DNA of 64,000 nucleotides from Christensenellales bacterium. GTDB taxonomy: Bacteria > Bacillota > Clostridia > Christensenellales > CALWSW01. The stretch spans positions 4,599-68,598 of the forward strand of contig JBMNTV010000002.1 in assembly GCA_050945915.1 (NCBI GenBank), read 5' to 3'. Shown piece after piece: positions 19,338 to 27,681 of the stretch (its first letter is position 1; each line of letters starts with the position of its first letter). The notes under the pieces are model-generated. The model saw nothing but the letters and a program-made list of their open reading frames with translations. It had not been told where the DNA came from and did no database searches. The position numbers and the translations under genes are program-made.

Positions 19338-19676
19338 TCAGATTGTCTGTTCAGGCGATGAAAATATCCTCAACCCCTTTGATTCCGGGGGCTCGTGTGA
19401 AAAGCAATTCTCACCGTCGCTGATCCCGGCCACAAACAAGCTCCGACCGCGTGGACAATCGGCAAACACTTCCCAGGGGACGGCTCCTTTTGCGATGTTG
19501 CCAATGCTTTTTTCGGCGGGTATGTCCACGCCGAAGTGCTTTGAAAGCGACGGGTATCGCCAATCGCAGGGCAGACAGGCGACGGCCTTGCCTTCCTGAG
19601 TCAACGTTGCCGCAAGGTTGGAGATCACCGTCGATTTGCCCGCCTTGGAACAGCCGGTGACAGCGATTATTGCCAT
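19338..19676 (-). pseudogene. Truncated MinD/ParA/CpaE-like P-loop ATPase fragment
   Basis: 112 aa, MAIIAVTGCSKAGKSTVISNLAATL, with a deviant Walker A. Homologs of this ATPase class are much longer. The ORF ends where the IS3-like remnant begins. Confidence 0.5.
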
Positions 19677-20485
19677 TCGATTTCACCGCCTTCCGGTAGT
19701 TCTTCGGGTTCGTCCTGCACCGTGTCGGCGAGGAACTTCTCCATTGCGGCGGTTTCCGCGTCCAGAATGGCTTGTTCCAACACGGGCAATTCCGCCGTGT
19801 TGAACTCCGTGAGCATTTCCAGGGCCGCAGCGTCGCGGCCGATCAACGCAACGTGGATGGTGGCCGTTGACTGGAGACGCACAAGCGTCGTCGCCTGGCG
19901 ATGTGTGGCGACCACCGTCACCGCAGCGGCGATTGTTGCGTCGGACGATTCCGCGTCCGTGGTGTCCTGCGCTTTTGCGTTTACCACGGACACGACCTCC
20001 ATGCAGCTTAGTTCCGGGGGCTGCATAATCAGCATGTCCCCGTCGCCGGGCTGGGCGGCGTAGATGCGGATCACGTCCCCGGTGGCCAGCTTGCCGGCAA
20101 CTCCTGCGGCAAGGCTGGGCACAGTGACAGAGATATTCATGCGATCCGCCCGGGTGATGATCGGGTCGGGGCCGAGCGCATCTGCCGTCGTAAACTTCGC
20201 CGCGGTCAGGTTATCGCTGGGGAGCAGCGGAACCGCAGCGTACAGGCCGATGCAGCTCTCCGGGGCCGTCAGCGTTCCGGTGGGCAGGGCGTATGCGCCG
20301 ATTTCTGCCGTAGTCAGCAGTTCCGGCGTGATCACCGTCCCTACGGGGACGATCTCGCGCACCCGCAGCACGGTTGCGGTTTCGCGGGTTTTGCTGTGCG
20401 CTTCGGGGACCAGCCAAAACGCGATTGCCGCCGCAAGCACCAGGCACGCGACGGCAATGAATATGCGGTTTTTCAGAATTCTCAA
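19667..20485 (-). CDS. cpaB: Flp/Tad pilus assembly protein CpaB/RcpC-like (N-terminal TM + SAF-like domain)
   Basis: 272 aa. Has an N-terminal TM helix (IFIAVACLVLAAAIAFWLV) and the VPVGTVITPELL ... GDVIRIYA pattern typical of CpaB. TTG start lies 6 nt after AGGAGGTGG and overlaps the upstream stop (TTGA). Confidence 0.75.
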   Translation of the reverse strand: MRILKNRIFIAVACLVLAAAIAFWLVPEAHSKTRETATVLRVREIVPVGTVITPELLTTAEIGAYALPTGTLTAPESCIGLYAAVPLLPSDNLTAAKFTTADALGPDPIITRADRMNISVTVPSLAAGVAGKLATGDVIRIYAAQPGDGDMLIMQPPELSCMEVVSVVNAKAQDTTDAESSDATIAAAVTVVATHRQATTLVRLQSTATIHVALIGRDAAALEMLTEFNTAELPVLEQAILDAETAAMEKFLADTVQDEPEELPEGGEIEWQ

Positions 20486-22026
20486 TCCGTTCCACCTCCT
20501 GTGTTGTCAAAAAGCGCGGCGCAGAAATTGTCGCGCTCGTGGGATTGTGCAAAAGGGTCGGCCAGAAAGGGCAGAGCGACTACCGTCTGGCCTTTTGCAA
20601 TGCGCCGCAGGGCCTGCTGGCTTTCCGGGGACAACCGGGCCAGCGCGATGGACATGCGCAGGCCATTTCCCTGGAACATCCGCAAAACGCTCTCGCAAGC
20701 GATCCAGCGCGTGCGTCCAGCGTCCGCGACAAATACCCGCACCGCCGCCCTGGTCAACTCGTCCAGCTTGGCCTGCTGCTGGGTGGGTAGCACTGCGCCA
20801 TCGTTCTGGCGCACGATTGCGCCTATGTCGGCGATGACGTAATCATAGCCGCCGCGCATGACTTCCGCGATGGTTTCGCCGCCGTAAAAAACATCCACCC
20901 CGGCGTAGCTGTACGGCGTGTCCAGCGCGGGGCGGGGTGGAAGATAGCGGAGATCCGCTTCCCCCAGCAGTGCCGTGCGCAGGCCGTTATCCGCCAGCCA
21001 TGCGGCGATTGCCGCCGCTGTCCAGGTACATCCGCCCCCAGACATCGTCTGGAATACGGCCACCGTCTGGCAGCTGCTTGGCTTTGGCGGTTTGTATTTC
21101 TGAGGGGCAGGTTCGGCCTTGCCGCGCCCGTTCGACCGCCCGAATCCCTTCCGGGGTAAGCCCGATTCTTCCGGCTGGGGCTTGTCCGCAACGGATGCCT
21201 TCGGCGGCGCTTCGGGCGGCACCTCCGGGACGACTTTCAGCGGCATTCCCACAGGCGGCTCCGGTTCCGCAGCGGGTGCAGGGGCCTTTTTCGGCTTCCG
21301 GGGCGCGCTGGATTTTTTCGCGGGCTTTTTGCCCTGGGTCGGCGGTTCTTCCGGGGCTTCCGGTTCGGGCTGGTTTCCCAACTCAGGCAGGGCTTCCGGC
21401 CCGGGCGACGCTGGTTCGTTCGGGGTTGACGGAAGCACCAGATTTTCTGGTTCCGGTTGTGGTTCCGGCTCCTGCGCCGCCGCCGATTCCATCGGGCTTT
21501 CCGGCTCTGGCAAGGGGGATGGTTCTTCGGCTACAAAGGCAGAGGGCTGCACATCTTCCGGCGCTTCGGTTGACGGCTCGGCAGGGCCGATGCCCGGCGA
21601 GTCGATCACAGATACTTCGACACCACTGGTGTCGAAGTCGCAAGCCGGTTGTTCGGACGGCTCCACCGCCGCAAGCGCATCCAGCAATTCGTCCACCAAA
21701 GCGCGACTGTCGGTGACCAGCGCGGCCACCAGGGAATCCCGGATCAGCTTTTTCACACCGTCATCGGCTGCATCTGATTTCGAGCCGATCACGATCACCG
21801 GCATGGGTTTACGTTTTTGCACTTCGCGGAAAAATCTGCGCCGCCCGAAGTTGTCGGCCACGCTCATGTGCAGGATCAGGCAATCGGCGGCGCTTGCCGC
21901 CAGCATGTCCAACAGCGCGCCGGGGTCGGGAACATCCTCCCCGCAAAGGCGCACGCCGTGCCCAGTGAGCGCCGTCCGGATCGCAGCCGGAACCAGCGCC
22001 GTGAGGACGGCGGGATACTCGGTCAT
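20482..22026 (-). CDS. TadZ/CpaE-like protein: receiver-like N-domain, approx 200-aa Pro/Glu-rich linker, degenerate P-loop ATPase-like C-domain
   Basis: 514 aa with a GGAGGA RBS. The C-domain VAVFQTMSGGGCTWTAAAIAAWLADNG sits where MinD/ParA proteins have KGGxGKT. The middle region is EPEPQPEPE/PKKAPAP-rich. Confidence 0.6.
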   Translation of the reverse strand: MTEYPAVLTALVPAAIRTALTGHGVRLCGEDVPDPGALLDMLAASAADCLILHMSVADNFGRRRFFREVQKRKPMPVIVIGSKSDAADDGVKKLIRDSLVAALVTDSRALVDELLDALAAVEPSEQPACDFDTSGVEVSVIDSPGIGPAEPSTEAPEDVQPSAFVAEEPSPLPEPESPMESAAAQEPEPQPEPENLVLPSTPNEPASPGPEALPELGNQPEPEAPEEPPTQGKKPAKKSSAPRKPKKAPAPAAEPEPPVGMPLKVVPEVPPEAPPKASVADKPQPEESGLPRKGFGRSNGRGKAEPAPQKYKPPKPSSCQTVAVFQTMSGGGCTWTAAAIAAWLADNGLRTALLGEADLRYLPPRPALDTPYSYAGVDVFYGGETIAEVMRGGYDYVIADIGAIVRQNDGAVLPTQQQAKLDELTRAAVRVFVADAGRTRWIACESVLRMFQGNGLRMSIALARLSPESQQALRRIAKGQTVVALPFLADPFAQSHERDNFCAALFDNTGGGTD

Positions 22027-22271
22027 TTTATTCCTCCTCTCGCAAACGGCTTTTTGCCGCAGTTTGGAAATTTACCGGCTGAAAAAAAGACTGGCCGCAG
22101 AAGGAGCGTTGTGCTTCTTTCCGGGCCAGGGTATTACGTACTAAGCTTAGCTTATATTTCTTTCAGCTGGTTATCTTTTAAGAGAAACGATAGGGTAGCA
22201 GAGAGATGTATACTTGTCAAATTACTTGCCAAAACCGCGTTTTGCATGATTTTTGGGCTTTTTGCTAATTT

Positions 22272-22583
22272 TCACTCGTCCTCATCTTCGATCATTTCGT
22301 TCATTTCATAGCCTGTTTCTTGCAGCCTTTGCGGTACAGGCCAGACAATGCGGCTCAAGTCGCGTCCAACTTCAAGCAAAAAGGACGGCTCTTTGCCTTC
22401 GGATACGTCCTTTCGAACAGCTTCGAACGAAATCGCGCCTTCGCGCAGGGTGTACAGGAGGATGCTTTTGAAAATATCGGGCGGCATTTCGCTCCAGTTG
22501 TCCGGCATATACTTGGCGATCGGACTCAATTCGATGGTGAGTCGGTTGTTCGGGATGTCGATCACGGTTTTGATTTCGGCCAT
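22272..22583 (-). CDS. Hypothetical small protein with acidic C-terminus (EMNEMIEDEDE)
   Basis: 103 aa. AAGGAG RBS precedes the ATG, which starts 12 nt after the parB stop. No family recognised. Confidence 0.65.
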   Translation of the reverse strand: MAEIKTVIDIPNNRLTIELSPIAKYMPDNWSEMPPDIFKSILLYTLREGAISFEAVRKDVSEGKEPSFLLEVGRDLSRIVWPVPQRLQETGYEMNEMIEDEDE

Positions 22584-22595
22584 AGTCGGCTCCTT

Positions 22596-23756
22596 TCATT
22601 CTCTTTCAAGGTCATTCTTCGAGTGGCGGCTATTTTGACGGGACTCTATCTGCTTGTTTTTGCCAAGCATTCGCTGGGCAAACGCGCACAAAAGTCCATC
22701 CAGTTCGAGTATGATTTGCTCATCTGAGTAATCCTTGCTGGCGGGCTTGATGATGGCGAGCCGTTCCCGCACGCGCTTGTTGTCTATCTCAAGCATCTTT
22801 TTTCGCTTCTTGGGTTCCTCAGATTTTTGGACAAAAAAGAAATCGTCCAGGTATGCTTCTGTTATTCCCCCTGCCACACTTTGTCTTTTCAACGCCTCCG
22901 CTTCTTTTAATTTAGGCTTTACGCCCTGTTCGCGCATGAAATCCAGCAGCATCGCCTGTTCATCTCTTTCGAGGTAGGACAAGGCCACAGCGGTGTTTGT
23001 TGGTATTTTATTGCCGTCAACCATTTCAAGGAATTCTGAGATCAGATAAGAAAGCCGGATGTACCTATGAATTTGAGTTTTACTTGTCCCGGTAGCTGCA
23101 GCCAATTCGTCATCTGATCGCCCAGTTTGGAAACTCGTCCCAAGTTGGGACGAGTTTTCTTGCAACAACCCCTCAGAATAATCCGTCCCAAGTTGGGACG
23201 AGTTATTTTTGGAGGGCCTACCACTTTTACGCTTCATTGCATCCAATCGCATTCTATATGCCACAGCTAATTCGCTCGGCATCATTTTTTGCCGATGCAG
23301 AAGATTCGCCTCTGTCATCATAATGTCTGCGGTGGCATCGTCTACATACCGGATGGATGCGGAGATCATGGCAGGTTCTGGACTGTCGCCTTGGATTAGC
23401 CGCATTGCCGCCGCGCGGTTGTGGCCGGATATGATCTCATACTTGCCTTCCTCTGTTGGATGCGGTCGCACAAGAATTGGTTCTAGTACGCCGCATTCGC
23501 GTATACTGTCCGCAAGTTCAACCAGTTCTGCATTGGGACGCAGTTTAAAAGCATGTCGCGCATATGGTATCAGGTCTTTGATGTACAGGTCGGTGCGTTC
23601 TTCGAGTCCGCGCCCGTTGGTCGGGCGCGATATCTCTCTAATATAATTGCTCTCGGAACGCCGAGCAGAGGTATTTTTTGGATCAATAAGCGGACTTGTT
23701 TGGAGATCTCTTAACTCCTGCAGACGCTGATCAATTCTTTTGCTGTGTGCTGACAT
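22596..23756 (-). CDS. parB: ParB/Spo0J-family partition protein (ParB N-terminal domain + HTH)
   Basis: Contains ELADSIRECGVLEPILVRP...YEIISGHNRAAA (ParB box) and an HTH at LAAATGTSKTQIHRYIRL. GAGGTGG RBS lies 8 nt before ATG 23756. Confidence 0.88.
   Translation of the reverse strand: MSAHSKRIDQRLQELRDLQTSPLIDPKNTSARRSESNYIREISRPTNGRGLEERTDLYIKDLIPYARHAFKLRPNAELVELADSIRECGVLEPILVRPHPTEEGKYEIISGHNRAAAMRLIQGDSPEPAMISASIRYVDDATADIMMTEANLLHRQKMMPSELAVAYRMRLDAMKRKSGRPSKNNSSQLGTDYSEGLLQENSSQLGTSFQTGRSDDELAAATGTSKTQIHRYIRLSYLISEFLEMVDGNKIPTNTAVALSYLERDEQAMLLDFMREQGVKPKLKEAEALKRQSVAGGITEAYLDDFFFVQKSEEPKKRKKMLEIDNKRVRERLAIIKPASKDYSDEQIILELDGLLCAFAQRMLGKNKQIESRQNSRHSKNDLERE
23131..23200. promoter_or_regulatory. 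Two parS-like palindromes embedded in the parB coding sequence
   Basis: The sites are 23131-23157 aaactcgtcccaaGttgggacgagttt and 23184-23200 cgtcccaaGttgggacg. The core matches the 9618-9786 array. They encode the repeated peptide (N)SSQLGT. Confidence 0.6.
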
Positions 23757-23815
23757 ATTGGTTTCCACCTCTTACTTATATATTTGCCCACATTGACAAT
23801 GCCAACAAAGATGCA

Positions 23816-24642
23816 TCATAAGGCGGTCATGCTTGCAATCTTCTCCTTAGGTGTATGGAACTTTTTGATCAGTTCTGCGGAAAAAGCGCGATAGGCATCC
23901 GAAACCGTCTTTGCCTTTTTTAATTCAAGAACGCTCTGTCCCCACAGGGCACTTTCTTCTGCTCGAACTGATCGTGGTATTTGCGTCTGAAACACGCCAA
24001 TGCTGTCACCGTGTTCTTTACGAATCTCTTTGACAACATGTTTAGTATGATTGTTTCGCATGTCCGTCATATTCATTAGAACGCCAGAGATTTGCAAAGA
24101 ACTATTCACGGACTCCTGTATCTCGTTGATGTTACCAATGAGAGTGCGCATGCCCAGGATCGAATAATACTGCGCCTGGGTTGGAATGATGGCATGAGTC
24201 GCAGTTGTCAATGCGTTGGCGGTCAGCATGCCTAGGGTGGGCGGACAGTCAATTAAAATATAATCGTAACTACCATGCAAATGCTTGAGCACGCGATGCA
24301 GCACATACTCCCGGGCGTATTTTGCGTTGATCTGGTTGTCACACGTGGATAAGTTGATGTTGGCTGGGATATAATTCAGGTTTTCGCTGTGGTTAACGAT
24401 ACCCGCCTGAATGTCAAAAGCAGCGCCTGAGAGCGCTGCTTCCAAATAGTTGATATGGTTAATTTTAAGTCATCCGGCTTCGGGCAACCCAACCCGTGGG
24501 TCATGCTTGCCTGGGGGTCCATGTCCACCAGCAGCACGGTGTTGCCTTGCTCCGCGAGCGCGGCCCCGAGGTTGATTGTGACAGTTGTCTTGCCTACGCC
24601 ACCTTTTTGATTGACAATAGCGATTGTTTTTGTATTTTTCAT
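23816..24642 (-). pseudogene. parA: ParA/Soj-family partition ATPase, interrupted by a frameshift near 24444-24446
   Basis: The N-terminal part [20 protein letters not shown]...DMDPQ is in one frame (24642 downwards). The rest, [10 protein letters not shown]...LIDCPPTLG..., is in another (to 23816). Changing the A3 run at 24444-24446 by 1 nt would give the continuous reading ...KLTISTILEAALSG.... AAGGAG RBS is present. Confidence 0.8.
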
Positions 24643-24789
24643 TTGAAGATCTCCTTGTTTGTAAACGAGACACAACTTATGCCCAATGACTATGGCCCCT
24701 AAACCGGGGATAAGAAAGGCCCTATCGTAACTGCAGTTACAATAGGGCTGTATCCGTGTATGACGTGAAAATCGATCATACAACAACTG

Positions 24790-24835
24790 TGGAGCTGATG
24801 AGCAGATTCGAACTGCCTACCTCCTCATTACCAAT
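24790..24835 (-). repeat. 46-bp direct repeat (att junction) forming the 3' part of the intact tRNA-Thr
   Basis: Identical to 8122-8167. Confidence 0.9.
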
Positions 24836-24865
24836 GAGGTGCTCTACCGACTGAGCTACATCAGC
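24790..24865 (-). tRNA. tRNA-Thr (anticodon GGU), CCA encoded
   Basis: The reverse complement is gctgatgtagctcagtcggtagagcacctcattGGTaatgaggaggtaggcagttcgaatctgctcatcagctcca. It folds as a 76-nt cloverleaf with a 7-bp acceptor stem, a TTCGAAT T-loop and the anticodon loop ttGGTaa. Confidence 0.93.
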
Positions 24866-25042
24866 GATTCGATGCGTGATTCCCACCCTTTGACGGGCGC
24901 GCGCCTGCCAAAGCGCAATTAGCATTATACCCAATTTATCTTCATTGTGCAAGCCCTATTTCACGTTTTTCACCAAAGGCATGCATGGAAAAACCTGCAG
25001 CCCGGGGAAAGTATCCCCCGGGCCGGCAGGCAAACGAAAACA

Positions 25043-26629
25043 TCAAAGGGCATAGAACTTTCTGGAACCGACGGTTTTAAGCCACTGCCAGATAAGGGCG
25101 CAGGCGATCAACACCGCCGCCAGCACGAGGGCGGCAAACAGGGTGAAGTCCACGCCGACGAGCAAGTAGATCGCGATGGGAATGGCCAAAGAAGCAAAAC
25201 CGGTCACCATGCACACGATCACGCTCCCGCTCCGCTTGATGGGCACCATGGGGTTTTTCCAGTTCAGCATGGGCATCAACAGGTTGGTCACCAGCCCCAC
25301 CAGACCGGAAAGCAGCGCGTAAGCCATGGGCACCAGGATGGTCAGCGCGGCGTTCAGCGCGTCCACCCCCAGGGCGATGGAGGCGGCGGCGCCCGCAATC
25401 ACGCACACCGGCCACATGATGAGCAGCTGGAGCTTTAGCTTGGCCTTGAAAATGTCCGTCGCCAGAACCGGCAGGCTGCGCAGTATCCAAAGCCTGTTTC
25501 CCTCGATGGAGATGCCCGAGGCCGTGGGGGGAGCCAGCACCCCGCAATAGCACAGCATGGCGACGAAAGTCGGCAGAATCACCGTCCTGTTCACGCTGGG
25601 GTCCACCGCAGCGGCAAACATGTCCTTGCCGCCAAAGATCAGCAGTCCGGTAAAAATCAGCGCCAGCAGCGCGCCTGCGGCGGTGTTCATCACATAGCCG
25701 TAAAAGGAGAAATAACCCCGAAGCTCTCTGGAAAACAGGGCGGCAGAAACGCTCTTTCCCCCGATTTTTCCCAGCCGCTCGGCCTTAAAATTGCTGTGGG
25801 TACGGCGCTCGCCCATGGCGAGGTTCGCCCTTCGGAACACCCTTGCCGAAAGCGTGGCAAACAGCGCAAAGGGCACGCCGCAGATCAGCAGCAGCCAAAT
25901 GAGGTCGCCATAGGCGCCCAGGGCGGCGCTGGTATACAGACCGGTGGGCAAAAAAGCGGAAAGGGCGGCGGAATAGCCCGTCAGCGCCTGGACCAGATCG
26001 CTGTCCGGCATGGAACTGAAGGTCATGGACCCGAGCATGATCAGCACGATCAGCGCCAGGGACAGCACCAGCATGATCAAGTTGCTGGCTCTGGAATAGG
26101 CGGCGATCCTGCTGATGAAAATCGAGAATACCCCCGCGACGGCGCAGACCAAAAGCGGCGCGATGAGCACTCCCGCCAGCACGGCGAGATAAAACCCGAA
26201 GGAAGCGCCGTATTTGATGCCGTACACGATTGCATAGGGCAGGGAAATCCCGCCGATGCCCGTCATGCTGAAAGTGTACGCCAGCACCAGCTTGGAAAGG
26301 AAGAGCTGGGTATTGGTCACCGGCAAGGAAGCGAGCATCCCAAAATCCTTGGCGGCAAACAGCACTCCGGGGATCTTCATCACCCCGGTGAAGAAGGACA
26401 TTAGAAGCCCCAGCGCCAGGCCGCCGGAAAGCAGCAACTCCGGCGTGTTTGCAAAATCCAGCATCATGGAGATCATGTAGCCGTAGATCCCCATGAACGC
26501 CATGAACAGCAATCCCCCAAACAGGGCAGTCACGCCCAGCAGGCCGGCTTTGAGCCTGCGCTTTTTCTTGGTGGCGCCGCCCAAAGCGGAAGACAACCCC
26601 ACCTTGACAAGAAGATAGACGTTTCTCAT
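25043..26629 (-). CDS. Polytopic ABC-exporter membrane protein (putative ABC-2/ABC_export-type permease)
   Basis: About 528 aa and highly hydrophobic with many predicted TM helices. It starts (ATG 26629, GGAGG RBS) 11 nt after the ATPase stop. Confidence 0.75.
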   Translation of the reverse strand: MRNVYLLVKVGLSSALGGATKKKRRLKAGLLGVTALFGGLLFMAFMGIYGYMISMMLDFANTPELLLSGGLALGLLMSFFTGVMKIPGVLFAAKDFGMLASLPVTNTQLFLSKLVLAYTFSMTGIGGISLPYAIVYGIKYGASFGFYLAVLAGVLIAPLLVCAVAGVFSIFISRIAAYSRASNLIMLVLSLALIVLIMLGSMTFSSMPDSDLVQALTGYSAALSAFLPTGLYTSAALGAYGDLIWLLLICGVPFALFATLSARVFRRANLAMGERRTHSNFKAERLGKIGGKSVSAALFSRELRGYFSFYGYVMNTAAGALLALIFTGLLIFGGKDMFAAAVDPSVNRTVILPTFVAMLCYCGVLAPPTASGISIEGNRLWILRSLPVLATDIFKAKLKLQLLIMWPVCVIAGAAASIALGVDALNAALTILVPMAYALLSGLVGLVTNLLMPMLNWKNPMVPIKRSGSVIVCMVTGFASLAIPIAIYLLVGVDFTLFAALVLAAVLIACALIWQWLKTVGSRKFYAL

Positions 26630-26639
26630 GGCTCCTCCC

Positions 26640-27362
26640 TCAGTTCTTGGCCGAATCATCGGTCAGTTCCAGGAAGGCGGATTCCAGGCTGGCGTTGCCC
26701 TTGACCTCGTCGATGCTGCCGGCGGTCAGGAGCTTTCCGTCCCGGATGATGGCGACCTTGTTGCACAGCTTTTCCGCCACCTCCAGCACGTGAGTGGAAA
26801 AGAAAATGGAGCTGCCTTGTTTGCACAGGTCCTTCATGATCTCCTTCAGGGTGAAGGAGGCCTTCGGGTCCAGCCCGACGAAGGGCTCATCCAGCACCAG
26901 GAGCTTGGGCGAATGCACCAGCGCGGCGATCAGGGCGAGCTTTTGCTTCATGCCGTGGGAATAGGCGGAAATCACATCCCCCAGATCCTTAGTCAGCTCA
27001 AAGGCCGCGGCGTATTGCTCGATCAGCCTGTCCCTTTCTGCCCGCTCCACCCGGTAAATGTCCGCGATGAAGGAAAGGTACTTCACGCCCGTCAGATTGT
27101 CGTAAAGATCCGGGTTGTCGGGGATGTAGGCGATCATCTTCTTGCAGGCGATGGGGTCCTCGCGGATGGACTTGCCGCCGATGAAGATATCCCCTTCGTC
27201 AAAATCCATGATGCCGGTGACGCATTTGATGGTCGTAGTCTTGCCCGCGCCGTTTCTGCCGATGAATCCGCAAATATCCCCTTGGGCAACAGAAAGGGAC
27301 AAATCGTCCACCGCCTTTTTGCCCCCTTTATAGATCTTCGTCAGATGGGAGATTTCAAGCAT
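26640..27362 (-). CDS. ABC transporter ATP-binding protein
   Basis: Has Walker A GRNGAGKTT, signature YSHGMKQKL and Walker B LLVLDEP. AGGAGG RBS precedes ATG 27362. Confidence 0.93.
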   Translation of the reverse strand: MLEISHLTKIYKGGKKAVDDLSLSVAQGDICGFIGRNGAGKTTTIKCVTGIMDFDEGDIFIGGKSIREDPIACKKMIAYIPDNPDLYDNLTGVKYLSFIADIYRVERAERDRLIEQYAAAFELTKDLGDVISAYSHGMKQKLALIAALVHSPKLLVLDEPFVGLDPKASFTLKEIMKDLCKQGSSIFFSTHVLEVAEKLCNKVAIIRDGKLLTAGSIDEVKGNASLESAFLELTDDSAKN

Positions 27363-27610
27363 GGTAAAGAGCCTCCTGTCCTGGCGGCCGCATGTGCGCG
27401 TCGCCCGTCTTTTGGACTTCATGATACACGAAGGATTATTGGGTGTAAATATGACAGGTTAGAAATATGCGCTCTGGACGCTCAAAACCTCATTTTCCCA
27501 GGTCTTTGCTGCGAAAGGGTATCCTAAAGCGGGGGATGCATCTTCGCGCATAAAAGCCTTGTCGCCGTCTTGAAAGATCGGGGCGGCGCCCGCCCCGAGC
27601 ACATCCTCCC

Positions 27611-27660
27611 CCAACCCAAAACGGAAGACCCCGCCCCGAAAATCGGGGCGGGGTTCCGTC
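27611..27660 (-). terminator. Rho-independent terminator after the surface-protein gene
   Basis: GC-rich hairpin acggaa(ga)ccccgccccg / aaaat / cggggcggggttccgt with U-rich flanks on both strands. Confidence 0.7.
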
Positions 27661-27681
27661 TTTTAACCGGCGTTCAAACCT

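Larger units (their letters stand above)
8122..24835. mobile_element. About 16.7 kb tRNA-Thr-integrated mosaic genomic island (degenerate integrative/conjugative-type element)
   Basis: Bounded by identical 46-bp direct repeats derived from the tRNA 3' half. A tyrosine integrase sits next to one repeat and parA/parB next to the other. The interior holds transposase remnants and visibly AT-richer blocks. Confidence 0.8.

Noticed and set aside
27470-27560. c-di-GMP-riboswitch-like fragments (ggacgctcaaaacc, gcgaaaggg) upstream of the ABC operon.
   Set aside because: The fragments are on the wrong strand relative to the downstream genes and in the wrong order for the GEMM-I consensus. This is a chance resemblance.
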